In this document: piece by piece, positions 15,974-20,914 of the stretch
How the letters are laid out: each line of letters begins with the position of its first letter
Position numbering within the stretch: position 1 is the first letter of the stretch
Assembly (NCBI GenBank): GCA_046760505.1
Contig: JBHIEG010000027.1
Span: 1 to 20,914, forward strand
Source of the DNA: Candidatus Hydrothermarchaeota archaeon
GTDB lineage: Archaea; CAYFZR01
Direction: 5' to 3'
Length of the DNA stretch: 20,914 nucleotides
Position numbers and translations under genes: made by a program
Notes under the pieces: generated by a model
Databases searched by the model: none
The model's input: the letters and a program-made list of their open reading frames with translations, nothing else
Told to the model about the DNA's origin: nothing

Positions 15974-16414
15974 TCAGCCTTTTCCTCCTCGCCAAACAAG
16001 TATTGGTATTTCTCTTGGCGCCTTCTTTAAAACGCCTTCGGTAACGCTCCCAAAGAAAAATCTCTCGGTTGGCTCGGTATGAGTAGCCATCAAAATTACA
16101 TTTGCTCCGATTTCTTTTGCTACCGTCAATATCTCTTCTACAGGTTTGCCCTTTCTTATAATGGTTTTAATTTTTATTCCACGCTCCGTTGCAATTTTTT
16201 CAGCCTCTTCCGTTATTTTTTTGGCGTATTCTCTTAAAATATTATCTGTTAAACCAATCTCCCTGTAATATCTGAATGGAGGTTGATACTTAACGTCGCA
16301 TACCGTTAACACTATAATTTCTGAGTCTTTGAACAACTCGATCGCTTGTTCTAATACAAAGTAGCTGCTTTTGGATCCATCCACCGGGACGAGAATTTTT
16401 TTGAACATGTTCAT
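15974..16414 (-). CDS. Universal stress protein (UspA family)
   Basis: FKKILVPVDGS, GKPVEEI, FGSVTEGV. Confidence 0.92.
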   Translation of the reverse strand: MNMFKKILVPVDGSKSSYFVLEQAIELFKDSEIIVLTVCDVKYQPPFRYYREIGLTDNILREYAKKITEEAEKIATERGIKIKTIIRKGKPVEEILTVAKEIGANVILMATHTEPTERFFFGSVTEGVLKKAPREIPILVWRGGKG

Positions 16415-16487
16415 TTGGAAGTGGCTCCTTCACATATATAATTTTCCGAGGTTAAGTCTTTTTATGTAAATTGTCAGAATCATTACC

Positions 16488-17654
16488 ATGAGGGCAAACT
16501 TCAAGGGAATTGACATAAACATCATATTGCTTGGCATAGTAAGTTTTCTAACAGATGCTAGCACCGAGATGATTTTGCCTGTCTTACCCATGTTTATCAC
16601 CACTTTAGGCGGTTCTGGACTGATAATAGGCTTAATAGGTGGGCTCGGAGATAGCATTGCCAGTGTACTAAAGGTTTTCTCTGGTTACTGGTCAGATAGA
16701 CTTGGAAGAAGAAAGATCTTCGTTTTCTCTGGCTATGCAACATCATCGATCTCAAAGTTAATCCTTCCCTTTTCAAAGACATGGCACTATGTTTTGATCT
16801 TAATTCCATTAGAAAGAGTTGGAAAGGGATTGAGAACTGCTCCAAGGGATGCAATAATAGCAGATTCTGTAAGTAGTGAAGTAATTGGTAAATCTTTTGG
16901 AATTCACAGGGCCATGGATACTTCCGGTGCTATCTTAGGTTCTATACTTGCATTTGTTCTGATATATTTCCTAAACTTAGACATAAGGAACATACTTCTG
17001 ATCGCAGGAATTGTTGCCCTTACAGCACTCTTTCCTATACATTTAGTAAGAGAGGAAGTGAAAAAGAAAGAACACATAAAAATAACTTTGAACGGATTTT
17101 CAAGGTCATTTTGGCTATTTATCATCGTAGCATCCATATTTGCTCTTGGCAACTTTACATACATGTTCTTTATACTTAGGGCTCAGGATTTCTTTACCGG
17201 AGATTATGCTGTTTCAATGCCTGTTCTTCTCTATGTTTTGTACAATATTTTCTACTCTGCCTTCTCCATACCATCTGGCATCTTGTCCGACAAATTTGGT
17301 AGGAAGAATGTCATACTTATTGGATACTCTCTTTTTGCCTTTACTTGCTTGGGCTTTGCATTTCTAGGATCTCTGACTCTTCTTATAGTTTTCTTCGCCT
17401 TTTACGGTCTTTCCTATGCATTCATAGACGGACAGCAAAGAGCCTTTGTTGTCGATTTATCTCCAGAAAAATTAAGAGGAACTGCACTGGGAATTTTTCA
17501 TACCGTGAGTGGAATTGCAACTTTTCCTAGTAGTTTGATTGCAGGATTTATCTGGCAGTTTATTAACCCCGAGATTACGTTTCTCTACGGATTTATAGTT
17601 GTGTCAACAAGTATTTTATTGTTCATCGTAGCAGACATAAAGTACTTCGAGTAG
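16488..17654 (+). CDS. MFS transporter
   Basis: GYWSDRLGRR and GILSDKFGRK motif A; RVGKGLRTAPRDA; about 12 TM helices. Confidence 0.93.
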   Translation: MRANFKGIDINIILLGIVSFLTDASTEMILPVLPMFITTLGGSGLIIGLIGGLGDSIASVLKVFSGYWSDRLGRRKIFVFSGYATSSISKLILPFSKTWHYVLILIPLERVGKGLRTAPRDAIIADSVSSEVIGKSFGIHRAMDTSGAILGSILAFVLIYFLNLDIRNILLIAGIVALTALFPIHLVREEVKKKEHIKITLNGFSRSFWLFIIVASIFALGNFTYMFFILRAQDFFTGDYAVSMPVLLYVLYNIFYSAFSIPSGILSDKFGRKNVILIGYSLFAFTCLGFAFLGSLTLLIVFFAFYGLSYAFIDGQQRAFVVDLSPEKLRGTALGIFHTVSGIATFPSSLIAGFIWQFINPEITFLYGFIVVSTSILLFIVADIKYFE

Positions 17655-17735
17655 ACAAAAAATTTATATCCATATTTATTTTTAATTAGCGAAAAACAAT
17701 TAGTTTTAACAAAGATTTGGGAAGAGGAATTTTTT

Positions 17736-18890
17736 ATGAGAATAGAAACCTTGAGGAAAAAAATGGAGGAAAAAAACATAGATGCTGCAATTCTAATTTA
17801 TTCTAGGGACGTTTTATATTACGCTGGAACTTCTCGTCCTTGCAACCTATTGATAACGAGAGACGATGCTTTCCTTTTTGTTAGAAGGGCATACGAATTC
17901 GTAGAAAAAGAGACTTACGTAAAGAATTTGATTAAAGGAGGGAGTTTTAAGTTAATAAAAGAAAAACTAGATGAATACGGAATTAAAGAGGGAGTAATAG
18001 GACTTGAGTTAGACATAATTCCAGCGAAACTATATCTAAGCCTAAAAAAGGTGTTCCCAAATTTTGCTTTCTTGGATATTTCGCCTTTAATTTTAGAGCA
18101 AAGGCTGATAAAAGATAAAGAAGAGATCAAATACACAAAGAAATCTGCCAAAATTACAGACAGAGGACAGTCTATAGCTAGAGAAGCAATCAGAGAAGGA
18201 ATGACCGAACTCGAACTGGCAGTAGAAGTTGAATCCGAGATGAGAAGAAACAGACACGAAGGAATCATATTTAATAGAAGGTTCGATGCAAATCTTCACT
18301 ATGGATTGATATCTTCTGGAGACAATTTAGATAAGATGACCGGATTTGCAAACGTTGTTACTGGAGTCGGATTGAGCAAATCGTTTCCACAGAGTGCCTC
18401 TGAAAGGGTTATTAAAAAGGGAGACATGATAGTAATCGATATAGGCGGAGTATACAAAGGATATCATTCCGATAATGGAAGGACCTATGTTATAGGAAAA
18501 ATTGAAAAGAGGCAAGTCGAAGTTTTTGATGAATTGAAAGAAGTTCAGCAAGAGATCTTAGATAATGTTTGTAATGGATTAAAATCCAGTGAACTATATG
18601 AGATCGCATTAAAAAAAGCAAATGAAGGCAAATATAGCGAATTTTTCATGGGATATGGCGAGAATAAAGGAAATTTTGTTGGACACGGTTTAGGTCTTGA
18701 GATAGATGAACCTCCAACCATAGGTCCCTACGATCAAACGGTTTTGAGGAAAAACATGATACTGGCAATTGAACTGAACACAATAATTCCAGAGTGGGGA
18801 GCGGTAAAACTTGAGGATACTATTTTAATTAAAAAGGATGGATACGAAGTATTGACCGATACTGAGAGGGAAATATTCAGCGTGGGATAG
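17736..18890 (+). CDS. M24 family Xaa-Pro aminopeptidase/prolidase
   Basis: N-terminal creatinase-like domain; ligands IDIG, YHSD..RT, GHGLGLE, AIE, KLED. Confidence 0.92.
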   Translation: MRIETLRKKMEEKNIDAAILIYSRDVLYYAGTSRPCNLLITRDDAFLFVRRAYEFVEKETYVKNLIKGGSFKLIKEKLDEYGIKEGVIGLELDIIPAKLYLSLKKVFPNFAFLDISPLILEQRLIKDKEEIKYTKKSAKITDRGQSIAREAIREGMTELELAVEVESEMRRNRHEGIIFNRRFDANLHYGLISSGDNLDKMTGFANVVTGVGLSKSFPQSASERVIKKGDMIVIDIGGVYKGYHSDNGRTYVIGKIEKRQVEVFDELKEVQQEILDNVCNGLKSSELYEIALKKANEGKYSEFFMGYGENKGNFVGHGLGLEIDEPPTIGPYDQTVLRKNMILAIELNTIIPEWGAVKLEDTILIKKDGYEVLTDTEREIFSVG

Positions 18891-18963
18891 TTTTTTCTAA
18901 TTTCATAGATTTCAACCCGAAAGTACAAAAAGAAAAACTCCCTTGGTATTTAGGGTGTTGTGA

Positions 18964-19785
18964 TTGACCCTAAAAATTGTCAGCATAAATAAAAATGGAA
19001 TAGAAGACCACATGTCTATATGTGGCAATTTTCCTCAAATGGAGGGAAATCCTGACTTTATAGAGGGAAAAAAGAACAGAAAAAAATGGCTGGAAGATAC
19101 GATAGAAAAATTCGGTACTGTAGGAATGATTGCCTATGATAAAGGAAAACCTGCTGGTTTTGTTGAGTGCGTGCCCAGTTACTATCATCCCCTGAAAAAA
19201 TATGCTGAAAAGGCAAATTCTGTTACCATAAACTGTGCATGGTATCTCGAAGAATATGGTCTTCCCGTTAGAAAGGCGATATTGGACGAGATGTTTGGGA
19301 GAAATTTTTTTGATGTTTTCTTCAAGGATAAAGAAGATAAAAAGTGCAGGTTTGTGGACGTTTTAGCGGTAAAAGGTGCCCCAGTTATGCAATATGATTT
19401 TTACATTGAATATGGATTTCAAGAGGCAATTGAGTTCAAACAGGGAGCAATTCAATTTTTCCTGTTAAGATATCTCATGGATGGAGGTAAGGTGGAAAAG
19501 AAGACATTCGAAATTCAATATAAAAAGGAAGTAAAAAGACCATACGAATTAACTCTGAGCACGAGTAGACAATGCTGGTTTACGAATGTTTTAGCAGGCA
19601 AAGTAAAGAGAGCAGCGCTTGACCTAGGTGATATAAACATCATTGAAAAAGACTACTGGGAAAAAGGCGAGCCATTGTTTAATGAGGTCTTATTAAACGG
19701 AGTTCCAGCGTTCAAAGAGCCTATTTTCATGAAAGACGAAGAAGAAATCAAGGAGTTACTTAAAAAAGCCATGGAAGAGTCTTGA
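18964..19785 (+). CDS. GNAT/YoaP-like protein
   Basis: K.WL, AGFVECVP, INC.W, FY..YGF, C-terminal QCWF segment; TTG start. Confidence 0.6.
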   Translation: MTLKIVSINKNGIEDHMSICGNFPQMEGNPDFIEGKKNRKKWLEDTIEKFGTVGMIAYDKGKPAGFVECVPSYYHPLKKYAEKANSVTINCAWYLEEYGLPVRKAILDEMFGRNFFDVFFKDKEDKKCRFVDVLAVKGAPVMQYDFYIEYGFQEAIEFKQGAIQFFLLRYLMDGGKVEKKTFEIQYKKEVKRPYELTLSTSRQCWFTNVLAGKVKRAALDLGDINIIEKDYWEKGEPLFNEVLLNGVPAFKEPIFMKDEEEIKELLKKAMEES

Positions 19786-19840
19786 TAAGGAGAGATCGAG
19801 CATAGGCGATAAAATAAATCTGAAAGACGAGAGATCCCAA

Positions 19841-20512
19841 ATGATCGTGGGAATAGATGAGGCTGGGAGAGGTCCTGTAATTGGACCCCTTGTGATCTGC
19901 GGAGTTGCGGTTAAAAAAAATGAGATATTTAAATTAGAAGAAATAGGGCTGAGAGATTCGAAAAAAATCTCTTCAAGGAGAAGAATTGAATTAAGAGAAG
20001 TACTAGAGGAAATAGTTGAAAAATATCATGTCAGGATAATTTCTCCTAGAGAATTAGATGAAAAAAGGAAAAGAACCACATTAAACAAAATAGAGGCATT
20101 GGAATTTGCAAAGATAATCAGTGAGCTCTCTCCAGAAATTGCTATAGTTGATGCCTGCGATAGAGACCCAGTGAACTTTTTGTCAGATATCAATCATTAC
20201 CTGAGAAACCAATTCAGGATAGAAAATCAAAAAATAATATGTGAACATTTCGCAGATGAAAAATATCCCATAGTCTCTGCTGCCTCTATATTTGCGAAAG
20301 TAATCAGAGATTTGGAAATAGAAAAAATAAGAGAAAGATATGGAGACGTTGGAAGCGGATATACATCGGATCCTGTTACGATAAATTTCTTGAAAGAATG
20401 GATCAAAATCAATGATGAATACCCTGATTTCGTGAGAAAATCTTGGATCGCTGCCAAAAAAATAAAAGAGGCTAAATTTCAGAGGAAGCTGAGTGAATGG
20501 GGACCGATTTAA
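19841..20512 (+). CDS. rnhB: Ribonuclease HII
   Basis: GIDEAGRGPVIGP, DSKK, VSAASI.AKV.RD, GSGY.SD; C-terminal PIP-like QRKLSEW. Confidence 0.96.
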   Translation: MIVGIDEAGRGPVIGPLVICGVAVKKNEIFKLEEIGLRDSKKISSRRRIELREVLEEIVEKYHVRIISPRELDEKRKRTTLNKIEALEFAKIISELSPEIAIVDACDRDPVNFLSDINHYLRNQFRIENQKIICEHFADEKYPIVSAASIFAKVIRDLEIEKIRERYGDVGSGYTSDPVTINFLKEWIKINDEYPDFVRKSWIAAKKIKEAKFQRKLSEWGPI

Positions 20513-20668
20513 CTAATCTTCTGTTGTTTCTTCTGCTTCTTCTACTTCCTCTTCAACCTCTTCCGCGGTCTCTTCGGTAATATCTTCCTCTACAATATCT
20601 TCTTTTTCATATACCTCTTTTTTTTCCTTTTTTTTGAAAAGAGATTTTATCGAATCTAATATTCCCAT
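20513..20668 (-). CDS. Small (51 aa) acidic protein with amphipathic N-terminus, below ORF-track cutoff
   Basis: MGILDSIKSLFKKKEKKEVYEKEDIVEEDITEETAEEVEEEVEEAEETTED*; AGGTGA SD; stop abuts the rnhB stop. Confidence 0.75.
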   Translation of the reverse strand: MGILDSIKSLFKKKEKKEVYEKEDIVEEDITEETAEEVEEEVEEAEETTED

Positions 20669-20736
20669 ATTTCTCACCTAACCTGCAAGTGCGCTTAGAG
20701 TGTGGAATTGTCCTAGGTCTGCGACACTTCGTGCAC

Positions 20737-20808
20737 TCAGGAATCGGGCGTTGATACCATGACTAGAAGAATCGATGCAAAAAGTAGACCTGTCATCAAC
20801 CACCTCAT
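20737..20808 (-). CDS. Possible 23-aa hydrophobic peptide or gene remnant
   Basis: MRWLMTGLLFASILLVMVSTPDS*; start overlaps the upstream frame stop as ATGA. Confidence 0.3.
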   Translation of the reverse strand: MRWLMTGLLFASILLVMVSTPDS

Positions 20809-20914
20809 ACCATCCCTTGACGGTATGATGGCAGGTAGAATATAAAATTTTCCTTTTTCTCTTCTGTTAAATTAATGTTGCTAACGTTTTTATAGTAGTT
20901 AAACAAACTTAACT
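20805..20914 (-). CDS. Possible 3' end of a gene continuing beyond the window
   Basis: Frame open from the window edge: LSLFNYYKNVSNINLTEEKKENFIFYLPSYRQGMV*. Confidence 0.4.
   Translation of the reverse strand, partial: LSLFNYYKNVSNINLTEEKKENFIFYLPSYRQGMV

Noticed and set aside
17283-17293. TTGTCCGACAA palindrome resembling the promoter motif
   Set aside because: Lies inside the MFS coding sequence at the conserved LSDK motif, with no TATA context
20770-20820. Fluoride (crcB) riboswitch, C/D-box sRNA, or pistol/hammerhead ribozyme
   Set aside because: Isolated words (GGGAUGG, UUGAUGAC, CUGA, CUAAGCG) occur in this area but the required pairings and spacing are missing

Overview
Archaeal chromosomal window (GGAGGTGA-type SD sites, TATA/BRE promoters, many apparently leaderless genes, archaeal tRNAs, RNase HII with a PIP-box tail, Thermococci/Methanococci-type S-layer domain; lineage is inference). 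Mostly ordinary metabolism. Left to right: 3' part of tRNA-Leu(CAG), short-type 6-phosphogluconate dehydrogenase, a W-type aldehyde:ferredoxin oxidoreductase with its polyferredoxin subunit, mobB, htpX, a stand-alone GatE-type GAD domain, a mini S-layer-like protein, DUF362, a four-subunit 2-oxoacid:ferredoxin oxidoreductase (korDABC-like), MazG-like protein, tRNA-Gly(TCC), PfkB kinase, EamA and MFS transporters, UspA, M24 peptidase, GNAT/YoaP-like protein and rnhB. No CRISPR array, transposase or integrase was found. The least explained region is 3600-5240, where an orphan 249-aa gene sits between two non-coding blocks. Upstream are a duplicated promoter-like motif and a GC-rich hairpin whose loop is complementary to the orphan's translation start. 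Downstream is an array of ~72-bp repeats whose core recurs (30/32 nt) about 9.8 kb away. Other leads: a polyferredoxin gene with no ATG/GTG/TTG start, a small protein ending in a ribosomal-stalk-like tail, and several small ORFs missed by the ORF track.
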